64,000 nucleotides of DNA from Eledone cirrhosa (Eukaryota), in contig OZ024742.1 in NCBI GenBank assembly GCA_964016885.1, positions 77,810,001-77,874,000 on the forward strand. Reading direction: 5' to 3'. Each line of letters begins with the position of its first letter. Positions within the stretch are counted from its first letter, which is position 1. The translations under genes and the position numbers were made by a program. Positions 26,105 to 39,365 of the stretch are shown here, in pieces. The notes under the pieces were generated by a model. It saw only the letters and a list, made by a program, of their open reading frames with translations. It was not told where the DNA came from and searched no databases.

Positions 26105-28204
26105 TTCGTGTCTGAATTTGTTTAGCAAGATTCTTTATCTGAAAACGAGTGTTGAAACCGATATTGTTATACTTTGGGAGGGTCATGTTGCCAATAAGAA
26201 ACACACGCACCAGTTGCTTTCACTTCAATTTATTATAATAAATGTATCATAAATTTATAAATTTATAAATTTCTGGTTGGTTGGTTGGTTCCACAACCAG
26301 ATAGTTGTTTATATATAGTCATAGTTATTTCGTCACACACTCTGTGACCACTTCAGTGACTGGGGATTCCTTTCTTTGTTTCTGTGCCTCTCCTTTGTTC
26401 TGTCCTACGCCATTTTGTTTCTGTGTGTGTGTTGTGTGCTCAGTCTGCGCATGCGCCACATCCGGGTGTCTGTGTGTGTTTATGTTCATTTATTTATTTG
26501 TTTATTTACGTGTTACTGGTTGGTTGTTTGTTCTATGTGTGTGTGTGTGTTTTCATTTTGTCCTTAATTGTAAGTTGTGATGTTGCTGTTCCACTCATAT
26601 TTTCTATTTAATTTTGGTTGTAATTCTTTTATGTTTATTGCCTCTGTAATTTGTCTTAACATTGCGTCTTTTCTGTGTGTAGATTCTATTTTTATTTCTA
26701 TGTTCTCTAATTTACTCTTGTGTTGTATTTTAGCATGTTGGTAGAGTACAGATGATTCTTTACTATCTTGAAGGTCTCGCCAGTGTTCATTTATCCGTTC
26801 CCCTACACTACGAGCTGTCTCACCTATGTACACTATATTTTTGTCTCTACAAGGTCCTTCAGTACATCTTATGCTATACACTACATTTCTAGTTTTACAG
26901 TTAATATGGGGGCTTATTTTACAGGTTATACATTTCTTATCTATACATGAGGGTCTTTGAAAAGGGTATGTCTTGCTAATAAGTGTTTTTACGGAGGTAC
27001 CTGGTCTTTCTACTATCTTAATATTGAGTTTATGTTTATTTAGGGCCCTTCTAAATTTGTAAGCTAATTCACCTCTAGGGGTTGTATCGATGAACATTAC
27101 ACTCTGGTATTTATTGCTATCATACCATGAGTTTATTCTATTAGCCTTGTTCCTAGTTCTTTCTATTCTATTCCAAAATTTGCTCCTATACAAGGGGCAG
27201 GTCCCATTTATGTCATTATTTACCATTTTTTCCCATTTGGTTCTTGCTCCTCTATACACTCTGATTTTATCTCTCTGATTGTAGCCAGAGAACTGCATAC
27301 GGTGGATGAAGTGTTTTATGTGTCTCTCTAGTTCTTCGGGGTTGCACATGCGGGACACATTTCTCATCACCCGTACCAAATCCGCAATCAGTATGTTGAT
27401 TTTGGTATGGTCCGAAACGGCCGAGTTTCGGTGGATCAGATGTTTGGAAGTCATGGGTTTGGCATAATGGGAATGGAGGATTTGTTTTTTGTTGTTAATG
27501 GTATCTAACCAGAGCTCTGTGTCTAGTACAGGTAATCGATGGTTGGGGTGTTTACTTGGGTAGTCTATAGTAACTCTAATGCTCTGGTGGATGGAGTTTG
27601 CTATTTGCTGGATGCTTTCCATTGTGTTTTTCTCTAGTTCCTGACTGTTCTCTAGTGGGGGTGTCTTAACTACGATGTTTATATCATCAACGTAGCGGGA
27701 GTACATTATCGGGGTTAAGGGGTCTTCTAATTGTTCTTTAAGTTTAAGTTTAAGTCTACTGTCTCACCATACCATGAATAAGTTAGCTATGTTGCCTGAA
27801 ATGCTAACACCACTGGCTGCTCCTTCCTCTTAGGCATATGTTTTTCCATTAAATTTGAACATGTATCCATCTATTGACGTGGATTTTGCCGTGGAGAAAT
27901 GCGTAGAAATGATCAGTGAGAGCAAGGTTGAGTTCCGTGGGATTGATACCAGTGAGCTGGGACTCCTACTTAAGCTTACCTATAGTAATAATTACCTAGA
28001 CACATATGACCTTAGCAACCTGTGCCCTACAAGACCAGCAAGAGGCAGACCACCTACCATTACCTCAATGGCCAAGAAAACCCACACAGATAGATGGAAC
28101 GGGTGGACCAGAGCCATACGGACACCCGAAAACCACGATGAACTGAAGAAAATGATTGCACATGCGGTAGGGGCCAGCATAAAACTAACCCTTAAGGAAC
28201 ATAT
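26104..28204 (-). mobile_element. Penelope-like family A copy P2 with inverted 5' segment (27856-28204 on plus)
   Basis: RT/GIY-YIG ORF and 3' terminal repeat on minus. The plus segment encodes the upstream RT region (MYPSIDV...LTLKEHM). Confidence 0.9.
26564..27706 (-). CDS. Penelope-like RT C-terminal half plus GIY-YIG endonuclease (partial, 380 aa open)
   Basis: SRYVDDI, LPVLDT, Cys-rich linker, NVVYSIRC...YIGETARSVGERINEH, RQITEAINI...PKLN. Confidence 0.9.
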   Translation of the reverse strand: MYSRYVDDINIVVKTPPLENSQELEKNTMESIQQIANSIHQSIRVTIDYPSKHPNHRLPVLDTELWLDTINNKKQILHSHYAKPMTSKHLIHRNSAVSDHTKINILIADLVRVMRNVSRMCNPEELERHIKHFIHRMQFSGYNQRDKIRVYRGARTKWEKMVNNDINGTCPLYRSKFWNRIERTRNKANRINSWYDSNKYQSVMFIDTTPRGELAYKFRRALNKHKLNIKIVERPGTSVKTLISKTYPFQRPSCIDKKCITCKISPHINCKTRNVVYSIRCTEGPCRDKNIVYIGETARSVGERINEHWRDLQDSKESSVLYQHAKIQHKSKLENIEIKIESTHRKDAMLRQITEAINIKELQPKLNRKYEWNSNITTYN

Positions 28205-28859
28205 GCAGACTGCACCAGGTTGCGGCTGCAGAAAGTGTCGGTGCAAGTGGTATCCCAGGAAAAATAATTAATAATAACCCATCAGGTTATCTAGCACTAT
28301 TTTCCTTACAAATATAAAGCTTCTTAACTATATGACCATGTCTCCGGTCACGAAGATTATGTAAGACGTTCACGTCGGAAACCTGACACGTTGTAATCAA
28401 TCGCGCTACGTGGCAGATAATTTTAACATTAGGTCGACCGAATGACTTGTGAGTAAATCTGGAAGTGGGAAACTGTATGGAATCTCACGGATCGATTACA
28501 TCTTATAAGGATTGTCCCACCTTGTAACATTTTCATTCAGAAAAGAATTCAATTAGGGGCACAGTTGTCTGTGGGATGTTCATTCATTTACTCGGCATTT
28601 TCACAAGTCAGAAATTTTGCTGAAAAAACTGCTGAATTTTTCTCAGTGAAACCGACGGAGGATCCCCGATGAACGAAGGAATAATTTTACGTGTACGTAG
28701 TAAATATTATATGTATGAATACTTTTTTGATGAGCATTCATACAAGCTTCCATTTGTAGTCAGAATATAAGCTGGTGTTTATTGGTGAAAATTGTATCAG
28801 TCTCGATATATGTTCATGAAGAAAGAAGTTAATTTACATAAACATCAGTGTATTAAAGA

Positions 28860-29157
28860 GCGCATACGTATGTGCATATTAACATACGTGTGTGTATATT
28901 AAAGAGTGTATATTAAAGAGTGTATTTTAAAGAGTGTATATTAAAATTTGTATATTAAAGGGTATTTATGTATACGTATGTGTATATGTCTGAAGGTATG
29001 AATGTATATATATATATAGATGAGATAGATAGATATAAATATGTACACTTGTATGTACATACATATATATATATATATATATAAATATATGTATGTACGT
29101 ACATATATATATATATATAAATATATATAAATAGATATAAATATGTACACATTTATG

Positions 29158-29241
<84 letters not shown>

Positions 29242-29248
29242 TGTGTGT

Positions 29249-29337
<89 letters not shown>

Positions 29338-29808
29338 TGTGTATGTGTGAACGTATATATATATATATATATATCTTGTAAGTCTGGGAATATAGATATG
29401 CAGACGTAATTTTAGGTTTATATGCTAATATATGCATATTTAATGTACATTTGAATACATTTTCGGACTTTACCGCATCTGCGAATATGTATGGGAATAA
29501 ATATATCTATCTGCCATTGTGCGTGTGTATGTGGTTTTGGTTGTGTGTGTGTGTTTGCGTGTGTTTATGAGTCAATAAAATTGTTTCGGCTGCTACAACT
29601 TTCTATGTAAGCACACAGTCTTATTGAATATATTACCCGGTCATTTCGTATATAAATTTCAAAATCTATGTATATGTGAGGAAAATGAGGATATATATAC
29701 ATATATATATTTATTTATATATATTTACATATATATATATACATAGATAGATATAGATATATATATATAGATAGATGTGTACGCACACACACACGCACAT
29801 ATATATAC

Positions 29809-29845
<37 letters not shown>

Positions 29846-29878
29846 CATAAATATAGATACATAGATGTATAAACACAC

Positions 29879-29913
<35 letters not shown>

Positions 29914-29916
29914 TAA

Positions 29917-29955
<39 letters not shown>

Positions 29956-29983
29956 TATATATACATATACATATATATATACA

Positions 29984-30049
<66 letters not shown>

Positions 30050-30674
30050 TGTATGTACATGCATATAAAAATATATGTAAGTGTATAAATTTAAGTATCT
30101 ATTTACATATACAAGCATGCGCACACACAAATAGACATACACATGCTCACAGACAGATACATAAAGATGCGAATATCTACATATATTGTATATATTGTCT
30201 ACACATGTGTTTGCTTCCGTGTGTGCGTGTCTGCGTATATCTATGAATGTGTGCGCGCATGCGTGAATATGTATGTGTTCTAATCGAGAAAATCTTCCGA
30301 CAGTATGGCGTCAAATTGACGCAATTATGTAGTCTCCATTTCGTGATATCGTTAGAAGTTCTCAATGACTCTATCAATCGTATTTAGCGCACAGTTCCCT
30401 AACATCTATGTTGATGAACAACACTGCAGCAATTCAAATTCTCTGAAGCACATTTGATGTCACACCTCATTCATTTGTCTGGTATTAATGCGCATTTACC
30501 GACCTTCTTGCATCTCATTTTCCCCTCTCATACTCATTTTCTGTATATAGATACATACACACACACATATATATATATATATATTTGTTTATATTTATAC
30601 AAAGTAATATATATATTACATATTTATATATATATATATATATATATATAGTGGTGTTATTTCAGTTTACCTTT

Positions 30675-30732
<58 letters not shown>

Positions 30733-30930
30733 ATATATATATACATATATATATTATATATATATTATATATATATATGTATATTATATATATATATATA
30801 TATGTACATTATATATATATATATATATATATGTACATTATATATATATATGTGTGTGTGCGTGTGTGTATGCGAGTATGTATGTATGTATATGTGTGTC
30901 CCTACATATGTATGTAAGCATATATATATT
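28860..30930. repeat. Low-complexity block of (TA)n/(GT)n/(GA)n plus a short TATTAAAGAGTGTA tandem
   Basis: Direct reading. Confidence 0.85.
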
Positions 30931-31887
30931 CGTGTATGTGTGTATGTATAAAAAAGCTACCATAACTAGGTGTTTCAGTAAATCTGTTGGACATATTTCC
31001 ATACATAGCAAACTATCAGCAGCTACTTTCATAAATAAATAACTCTATGGTTTCATTAGTGCAATGTTCTACAAAATACAGCTAGGGATGTTAGCCAGAT
31101 ATAATAGGCAACTTCATTTGATATAAAATAGATGGACGGAACCTGACTGCATTCCAGCTTGTGTTGTAAAGCCATGGGCGAATAATTGCCGGGAAATAGA
31201 TTACAGGTATCAGCTTTTTGTAGGCAGTTTCCAGTTGAGTTTTTATATTGTAATATGGATGTGCATATGAAAATATGAGCCGACCTACCGCCTTCCCTGC
31301 ACACACACACATGTGTGTATTTTTATATATACACTATCACACCGACACACTCACACTCTCTAAAACCAAATTCCAAAAATAGAATTCCTTTTACAAACCT
31401 ACTTTTGCCAATCTCATAGAATTTGTCTCTGAACTCTTGACCAGTCCATTAATACAAATGAGATACACACACATATTTACAGAATATCTCCTTCTCCCTA
31501 AAAAAATGTAAAAAAACACAACTACCACCAACGCTGCTGCTACACCCATGACAACACCGCTCTGTATATACACAAGAGTTAATTATTCAAGTCTCCTTCT
31601 CAACAGGGAAGATGAAAAAAACTTGCCTCAACACTTAATTTTCAATCTTTAATTTTTATTTCTTAATTCTTATTAATTCTTTTTAATTGCAATACTCAAC
31701 ATTTGATATGATGAAGTTTACTAATACATCGAAACCGTGTATATTTTATATACATTATAAAACTATTTTTTTAAAAGAATTGTCCCTCTCATTTTTTCAA
31801 TAATGTCACTCTGACGAATCGAAGAAGGAAAAAAAAGAAAAACAGACCCTTAAATATACTTTCCGTGCTATTTGCAATTTCACCTTT

Positions 31888-31935
<48 letters not shown>

Positions 31936-31936
31936 C

Positions 31937-31977
<41 letters not shown>

Positions 31978-32001
31978 TATGAATGTATACATATATATAT
32001 T

Positions 32002-32042
<41 letters not shown>

Positions 32043-32802
32043 AAGTAAGAAAACGCTATAAAACTATGGAAGCGTATATTAGTAATAATGTATCAATCAG
32101 GAGGAGATTTATAATTTTTAAGAGCTAATAACCTAAAAGTTTTAATATTTCGTACGTGTGCACACATATATACGGATACACACGGACACAGACGCACACA
32201 TGTGTAGATATATGTCTGTGTGGGCACACAGACATACACATACATGTATATATGTGTGCTGACTGATATGTGTGCATATGTTTATGTAGAAGCACGCGGG
32301 CGCGCACATATATATGTATATCATATTATATTAATAGGGTAATAATATGTAAACAGGATGTGTATTAGCTGAGTGGTTTTACATGTACGTATGGCTGTAC
32401 ATATATATGCACCTGTATACCTACATAAATACACACATACATACACACATACATATACATACTCATATGTATGTATATATATATATATATATATATATAC
32501 CTAAATGATACGAAACGAAAAAAGCTGTGTGGTTACTAAAAACAAGGTTTAGAATGGTGGTTAGGACGGAACAATAGGTTTAAAATATCGTAGGAGAGGA
32601 TGAAGCGGAGAGATACAAACAGGTGCGATACAGAATACTAAATGCCAATAGCCGAACCGTAGTGTGCTCGATGTTTCGGTTAGCAGGGTTAAATATTAGA
32701 GAAGGTTAATAGTTTGCGTAAGGTTTAAGCAGAGCTGGAATTACCAAATGAATCAGTGAATGAAAAAGTTACAACATTTCTTTATATAGTTCATATATAT
32801 AT

Positions 32803-32912
32803 ATATTTATTAAAGTAACAGATTAAAGTTTAAGCAAAGAATCGCTGCTTCACCCTTAACGGTGAAAGCAGCGATTCTTTGCTTAAACTTTAATCTTTAT
32901 TTTAATAAATAT
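32803..32912. repeat. ~50-bp-arm inverted repeat (hairpin)
   Basis: agattaaagtttaagcaaagaatcgctgctt ... aagcagcgattctttgcttaaactttaatct. Confidence 0.9.
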
Positions 32913-34584
32913 TTGCTCTAGGGTTATTATATATTTGATATATATTTATCCTTATCGAGCCCTCTTTGGATTTTTAGTTTTCAAATTTATTATTATTACT
33001 ATTTGTATATATATATATTTCGCGCGCATCTACTTATATATTCGATAAATATGAGTTATTGACGTATATATGTGGTGTATGTGTGTTTGACAGTGTTTTT
33101 ATCAAGGATTATATATATAGAAAGAGATAGATAGATCTTTGTTTAGGGTGTCTCATTCGAAATTGTGTGCTGCTCATCAATTTACTAAAGAGATTTAAAC
33201 ACAGCTTTTACATCTTTGTAGCCTAATTAGGTTTGTAGACCTGATTTACTATTTCGAAACTTAAACGGCTTTATCCTATATATCTATTTATTTAGTAATG
33301 TAATTATTTCTTTATTCTGAATTTCTAGTAAGTTAAGTTCATTAGTAAATTACACTGAATTCAATTTAGCATACTGGAAACTGTTTTATACGTTGAAACA
33401 GATTAAAAAGTGATCTAACGAATAAATAAATTTCTTGTAATTTGGAACGTTCAAGTGAGAAATTTTGATATCAGCCTGCTTCAGCCGAGTTTTCATTTCT
33501 AATTATGGTACAAGGATCACAGTTTTTTCTGAATTTTTAAACATGTGTTTTAATAGCTTGTCTCAAAACCACGCTAATTTACTGAAAATGTATTAACGGA
33601 ATCAATATAGGTGATTGCTTTTAAACAGGACTTGGTAACGAGATTCTCAATTGACTTTCAGGAAGCATAAAATGTACGATAAAAAGCTCACCGAATGATT
33701 GATTCAGAAACATTTTTACTGCCGTTAGATTTGCTCACCCTGCTAGAAATAAAAACATTCTTCAGCGCTCTGCACTTGGGGAATGTAGAATGTATTTCGT
33801 AGATGTTCAACAGTCACCTATATATGTCAAGTTCCCGATTTTTTCCAAAAGTAAACAGATGCCGCTTCAGCTTGGCACACTATTACAACATTCTGAAACA
33901 AGTTCGATCATGGCTATGCAAACTATTGATATTTATGAATATATTAAACTGTTCAAATTATGCTGATGTCAGATTTTCTTTTCATACCTCCAAGTTTTAT
34001 GAAATAAAGTATAATGCAATTGAAAAGAATAAACTGGCAGAAAATGCTTTGCTGTATTTGCTTAAATTGTTTACCTTCTAAATTCAAAATCAGGTGACGA
34101 GATTAAATCAGTAGCTTGCCGAGAAAATACATTCCGAAGGAAGACAAAATGAAAGCTTCGTCATCGCCTCGGAATGTTTTATGAAAAAATCCTAGTGGTG
34201 GGCATGAGAGTCATGGGTGTTGCTGGTGATCAGATGAATATTTGTAAGCAAATAATCAGATCAACGCCGTTGAAAACGGCGAAATACATACTAAAAACGC
34301 TCCAGAAAATGTTATTAAAAATATATAACTAAAACGGCTAAAATAAACACTGGAACATTCCAAATACAAAGAAGTGGAGGGGCCAATTTTTTAAATAAAG
34401 TTTCCTGAATCAATGTTTCTGTGAATAAAAGGCAGAATGTAAGTGTTTTGCCGAGCCTTAAACGCAATTACCGGTTGTATTCAAACATTATTTGTTTACA
34501 TAACGCTTTGAAACGATCGGAAAATAGTGGATTAACTATTACGTTTTGTCATATTTGATTTCATTTATCAATGTTTTATATCTA

Positions 34585-35480
34585 TAGGTGTGTCAGAAAA
34601 GTTCCAGGACTGATGTCACAAAAGATTTATTTCAACCCCAATCTTCAAACTAAGAGTTTTCTCATTCAAAGTAATCCCCCTGGAGTATGTAACTGTCACC
34701 TTAGCTCTCAGCAGCGATCAAACTCTTTTCTTTATAATTTGATATACATATCCTCAGTTTCAGGTCGTCAAGCAATGAGCACAGAGCAACGAACAAACTT
34801 GATGTTTCTGGTACGGTTGGGGAAAACTCTGCTGCAGTAAGTGTATGGAGATGAGACGATGTCACGCTCACGTGTTTTTGAGTGGTGCAAGAGGTTTAAA
34901 GAAGGACGCGAAGAGGTGGAAGATGACCTCAAGATCGGAAGGCCCTCAACAACTAGGACTGAGGTCAACGTTGAGCGCGTCAGGCAGATTATGCGTAGCG
35001 ATCGTCGGATGACTGTTCGACTAATGGCAAATGAGCTGGGCATGAATCGCGACAGCGTCTGGAAGATTCTAACTGAAGATTTGGACATGCGGAAAGTCTA
35101 CGCGAAAATGGTGCCAAAACTCCTGAACGATGACCAGAAGGGTCGACGCATGCAAGTGCGCCAGGACATCCTCGAGCGTCTTGAAACCGAACCAGACTTG
35201 CTAGATACAGTCATACCGGTGATGAGTCATGGATCTTCGAGTACGACCCGGAAGGGACCCGTTTTGAAGACGTGGACGACATCAAAAAGGCCGTGACGAC
35301 GGAACTGCGGAGGATCCCGGGAGAATCCTTCCAGGAGTGCATGCCAGCGTGGCAGAAAATGATGGGAAAGTGCATTAGATTCTAGGGGTATTACTTTGAG
35401 GAAGAAAACTCTTAGTATGAAGTTTGGGTTTGAAATAAATATTTTGTGACATAAGTCCTGGAACTTTTCTGACACATATA
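34585..35480 (+). mobile_element. Internally deleted mariner DNA transposon with TIRs
   Basis: TIRs tgtgtcagaaaagttccaggact / agtcctggaacttttctgacaca in TA context. HTH region YGDETMSRSRVFEWCKRFKEGR...GRPST, VPKLL and GDESWIF are present; most of the DDD domain is missing. Confidence 0.9.
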
Positions 35481-35482
35481 TA

Positions 35483-35560
<78 letters not shown>

Positions 35561-35563
<3 letters not shown>

Positions 35564-35776
35564 CGAAGGAAATGTGGTAAGGAACCAGGTGGACCATAAC
35601 GCACCAAAGTACTCAATACCTAGGGTAGTGGAGTAGGTAATAGGGACGAGTAGGACCCCGACGGCTGAGCTCAAGCCGTTTCGACGGCTAATTCTGGAGT
35701 AAAAAAAATGATTTTTTTAGTCCAGAATTAGCCGTCGAAACGGCTTGAGCTCAGCCGTCGGGGTCCTACTCGTTCC

Positions 35777-35779
<3 letters not shown>
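35561..35779. mobile_element. Small foldback element, family B (palindrome 35640-35779 plus ~80-bp tail)
   Basis: ~58-bp near-perfect arms; homologues at 38180-38315, 44848-44920 and 61303-61457, all abutting microsatellites. Confidence 0.75.
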
Positions 35780-35809
<30 letters not shown>

Positions 35810-35942
35810 TAGAATTGGAGCTCTGAAATAGCAATATATATATGGATGTATATATAATGTATTTTGCAATACACTTTATGCTTAATTAAAAGCATTTTGA
35901 AGACCGTAAGCTATTGTTTTAAAGTAGTGACAAATTCACTTT

Positions 35943-36035
35943 GATCTCAGCAAACAGGGGAGATAAGCCGACAAGTCTTGTTTCGCTTTGGTTGAAGCTT
36001 ATCAAGGCCAACTACCCCTCCTGTCTACCGAGATC
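35943..36035 (-). ncRNA. Type I hammerhead ribozyme, U3-A8 core variant (unit 1)
   Basis: Minus strand reads GCC-UUGAUAA-GCUU caacca AAGC-GAAA-CAAG a CUUG-UC-GGC. Stem I extends to GAUCUCGGUAGACAGG/CCUGUUUGCUGAGAUC. Confidence 0.8.
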
Positions 36036-36254
36036 ACTGATGTTATATTCTTATAGAAATCTAGTAAATAATCAGGAGCTGATTATGCAGAGCGGTTGTT
36101 GGTCAGGCAGAAATTAAAAATTAGAATTGGAGCTCTGAAATAGCAATATATATATGGATGTATATATAATGTATTTTGCAATACACTTTATGCTTAATTA
36201 AAAGCATTTTGAAGACCGTAAGCTATTGTTTTAAAGTAGTGACAAATTCACTTT

Positions 36255-36347
36255 GATCTCAGCAAACAGGGGAGATAAGCCGACAAGTCTTGTTTCGCTT
36301 TGGTTGAAGCTTATCAAGGCCAACTACCCCTCCTGTCTACCGAGATC
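36255..36347 (-). ncRNA. Type I hammerhead ribozyme, U3-A8 variant (unit 2)
   Basis: Same sequence as unit 1. Confidence 0.8.
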
Positions 36348-36566
36348 ACTGATGTTATATTCTTATAGAAATCTAGTAAATAATCAGGAGTTGATTATGC
36401 AGAGCGGTTGTTGGTCAGGCAGAAATTAAAAATTAGAATTGGAGCTCTGAAATAGCAATATATATATGGATGTATATATAATGTATTTTGCAATACACTT
36501 TATGCTTAATTAAAAGCATTTTGAAGACCGTAAGCTATTGTTTTAAAGTCGTGACAAATTCACTTT

Positions 36567-36659
36567 GATCTCAGCAAACAGGGGAGATAAGCCGACAAGT
36601 CTTGTTTCGCTTTGGTTGAAGCTTATCAAGGCCAACTACCCCTCCTGTCTACCGAGATC
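36567..36659 (-). ncRNA. Type I hammerhead ribozyme, U3-A8 variant (unit 3)
   Basis: Same sequence as unit 1. Confidence 0.8.
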
Positions 36660-37109
36660 ACTGATGTTATATTCTTATAGAAATCTAGTAAATAATCAGG
36701 AGCTGATTATGCATAGCGGTTGTTGGTCAGGCAGAAATTAAAAATTAGAATTGGTCTTCAAAATGCTTTTAATTAAGCATAAAGTGTATTGCAAAATACA
36801 TTATATATACATCCATATATATATTGCTATTTCAGAGCTCCAATTCTAATTTTTAATTTCTGCCTGACCAACAACCGCTCTACATAATCAGCTCCTGATT
36901 ATTTACTAGATTTCTATAAGAATATAACATCACTGATCTCGATAGACAGGATAAGTTTCAACCAAAGCGAAACAAGACTTGTCGGCTTATCTCCCCTGCT
37001 TGCTGAGATGAAAGTGAATTTGTCACTACTTTAAAACAATAGCTTGCGGTCTTCAAAATGCTTTTAATTAAGCATAAAGTGTATTGCAAAATACATTATA
37101 TATACATCC

Positions 37110-37244
<135 letters not shown>

Positions 37245-37282
37245 TGTATATAAATACATATATATATATATATATATATATA

Positions 37283-37510
37283 TGGGGAGGGTCGTATTGT
37301 TGTAATAATATTGCCCGAAATAATAACAGAACACACTCACTATTTGGTTGGTTTTCGCTTCTGTATCTTTTATATCTCCACAGTTAATTCCTTTCGTCCT
37401 CAATGTGTATCATTGACTCACCAACGGTCAAAAATATTACAACAATATGACCCTGCCCAAGTATAACAACATTTGTCTCGACACACGATTTCATATCAAA
37501 AACCTCGCAT

Positions 37511-37515
<5 letters not shown>
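37283..37515 (+). mobile_element. Short terminal remnant of a diverged relative of Penelope family A
   Basis: atgaccctgcccaagtataacaac...cacacgatttca resembles the family A end (51227-51290); short inverted arm gggagggtcgtattgttgtaata at the left. Confidence 0.55.
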
Positions 37516-37596
<81 letters not shown>

Positions 37597-37599
<3 letters not shown>

Positions 37600-38165
37600 C
37601 GTTTCTGAATTTGTTTAGCAAGATTCTTTATCTGAAAACGTGTGTTGAAACCGATATTGTTATAGTTTGGGAGGGTCATGTTGCCAATAAGAAACACATG
37701 CACCAGTTGCTTTCACTTCAATTTATTATAATAAATCTATAAATTTAGGAATTTATAAATTTCCGGTTGGTTGGTTCCACAACCAGATGGTTGTTTATAT
37801 ATTGTCAAAGTTCTTCCGTCACACATTCTGTGACCTCTTCTGTGACTGGGGATTATTTTCTTTTTTTTTGGTTTTGTGCCTCTCCTTTGTTCTGTCTAAC
37901 GCCATCTTGTTTCTGTGTGTCTGAAACAAGATGGCGTAAGCCAGAACAAAGGAGAGGCACAAAAACAAAAAAAAACAAAAGAATCCCCAGTCACTGAAGA
38001 GGTCACAGAATGTGTGACGAAAGAACTTTGACAATATATAAACAACCATCTGGTTGTGGAACCAACCAATCGGAAATTTATAAATTTATTATAATAAATT
38101 GAAGTGAAAGCAACTGGTGCGTGTGTTTCTTATTGGCAACATGACCCTCCCAAAGTATAACAATA
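37597..38165. mobile_element. Penelope family A remnant P3: two inverted terminal-repeat arms, no ORF
   Basis: 37597-37920 (minus) and 37921-38165 (plus) both match 51000-51308. Confidence 0.85.
37990..38032 (+). ncRNA. Minimal type I hammerhead in the family A terminal repeat (intact core)
   Basis: GUCA-CUGAAGA-g-GUCACA gaaug UGUGAC-GAAA-G aa C-UU-UGAC. Confidence 0.7.
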
Positions 38166-38179
38166 TATATATATATATA

Positions 38180-38315
38180 TAACAGATAAGTGTGGTAAGG
38201 AACTAGGTGGACCATAAGGAACCAGAGTACTCGATACTTTGGGGTAGTAGAGTGGGTAATAAGTCAGATCTAGCTCTCGAAACGGTCAGAGCTCAACAGT
38301 CGGGGTTCTGGCTCT
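38180..38315. mobile_element. Family B small element, diverged
   Basis: gtggtaaggaactaggtggaccataa...tcgaaacggtcagagctcaacagtcggggttc is homologous to 35561-35779. Confidence 0.65.
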
Positions 38316-39267
38316 TTATATATATATATGGACATTAATGCATGTGTGTGTATGTATATAAAGAAGGGATTTTCCTTCCAAAATGTAATATTGAAATTAA
38401 GACTGTGGTCCAGTTTGATTACTTTATTTAAAGATTTTTCATATTCGTTTGGAACGACAGAGTTACAAAGTTCTGTAGTGTGTTGATGTTTCAATGCTCC
38501 CAGAATCACTACGATCAAACTTGTGTTGTATTTCTTACGTATAAAGCACCAGTCGGAAAGAATCAACACAACAGAAAAAAAAACAGTGTACTTAAATAGG
38601 ATACAAACTAGCTTAGAGAGAAATAGAAAACAGTTAATCGAGTATAATTTTTAAAAGGGGCAACATTAATCAGTTCGTTATTATGGAGTAAGAGAAATGG
38701 ACGCATTGGACTTCCATTCGTTTACGACTACTCCAGTTGTGCGTATACAAACACACACACACACACACACAAACACACATACACACGCACACACACAAAC
38801 ACACACACACACACATATATATATATATGCATATATATATATATATGTGTGTGTGTGTATGTGTATGTGTATGTTTGTGTGTGTGTATGAAATTGAGTTA
38901 GGAATAGAAGCTTTCGCCGCATTTTTACTAAAGAAAATTCGCTCACCGTCTACAAAACAACAGGTTTCTTTTATATATATATATGAAAACTCCTTGTGGA
39001 ACACTCGTAGTTTCAATACATTTTTGAAAGAGAATCGGTTCTCAACTTATAGAAATACAACTTAGGCATTCGGCGGAACCAACGATATTCTCAGTTGTTC
39101 TTACAATAGAACAACAAACTAGTAATATTAGCGTACAATTTACTGAGCACTACACATGTGCACATTTAATGTTGTTCTCAGGGATATTCAACTTGACAGA
39201 TTGAATATGCTAGCCATTTGTATTACTGGTACAACACATTTTTTGCAAACTAAATTAACTTTAGAAA

Positions 39268-39365
39268 TGTGAAATAAAATATATTCTCAAGAATACAACA
39301 CGCCGCCGCCGGGAATCAAATTCATGACCTTACCCTTGTGATCCGAACCTCCTAACCACTAAGCT
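39268..39365 (-). mobile_element. tRNA-derived SINE head fragment
   Basis: Reverse strand has A-box-like cttagtggttagg and B-box-like tttgattcccgg followed by a ttcttgag core. Confidence 0.45.

Noticed and set aside
28941-30917. Many ORFs rich in YI/CV/HT dipeptides (also near 2650, 7000, 23750, 37060, 43900, 52800, 56560)
   Set aside because: Translations of (TA)n, (GT)n and (CA)n microsatellites, not genes.
31703-31745. ATGATGAAG...CATCGAAACCGTGTA hammerhead-like remnant
   Set aside because: C3 is missing and the stems pair poorly; it may be a decayed copy but cannot be supported.
36076-36135. Possible second, plus-strand hammerhead in the 312-bp unit (CTGATTA...GCAGAAA)
   Set aside because: G8 is absent without compensation, and stems I and III do not close properly.
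35804-36754. Tandem array considered as a CRISPR array
   Set aside because: Units are identical along their whole length, with no unique spacers, no cas genes and a eukaryotic context.
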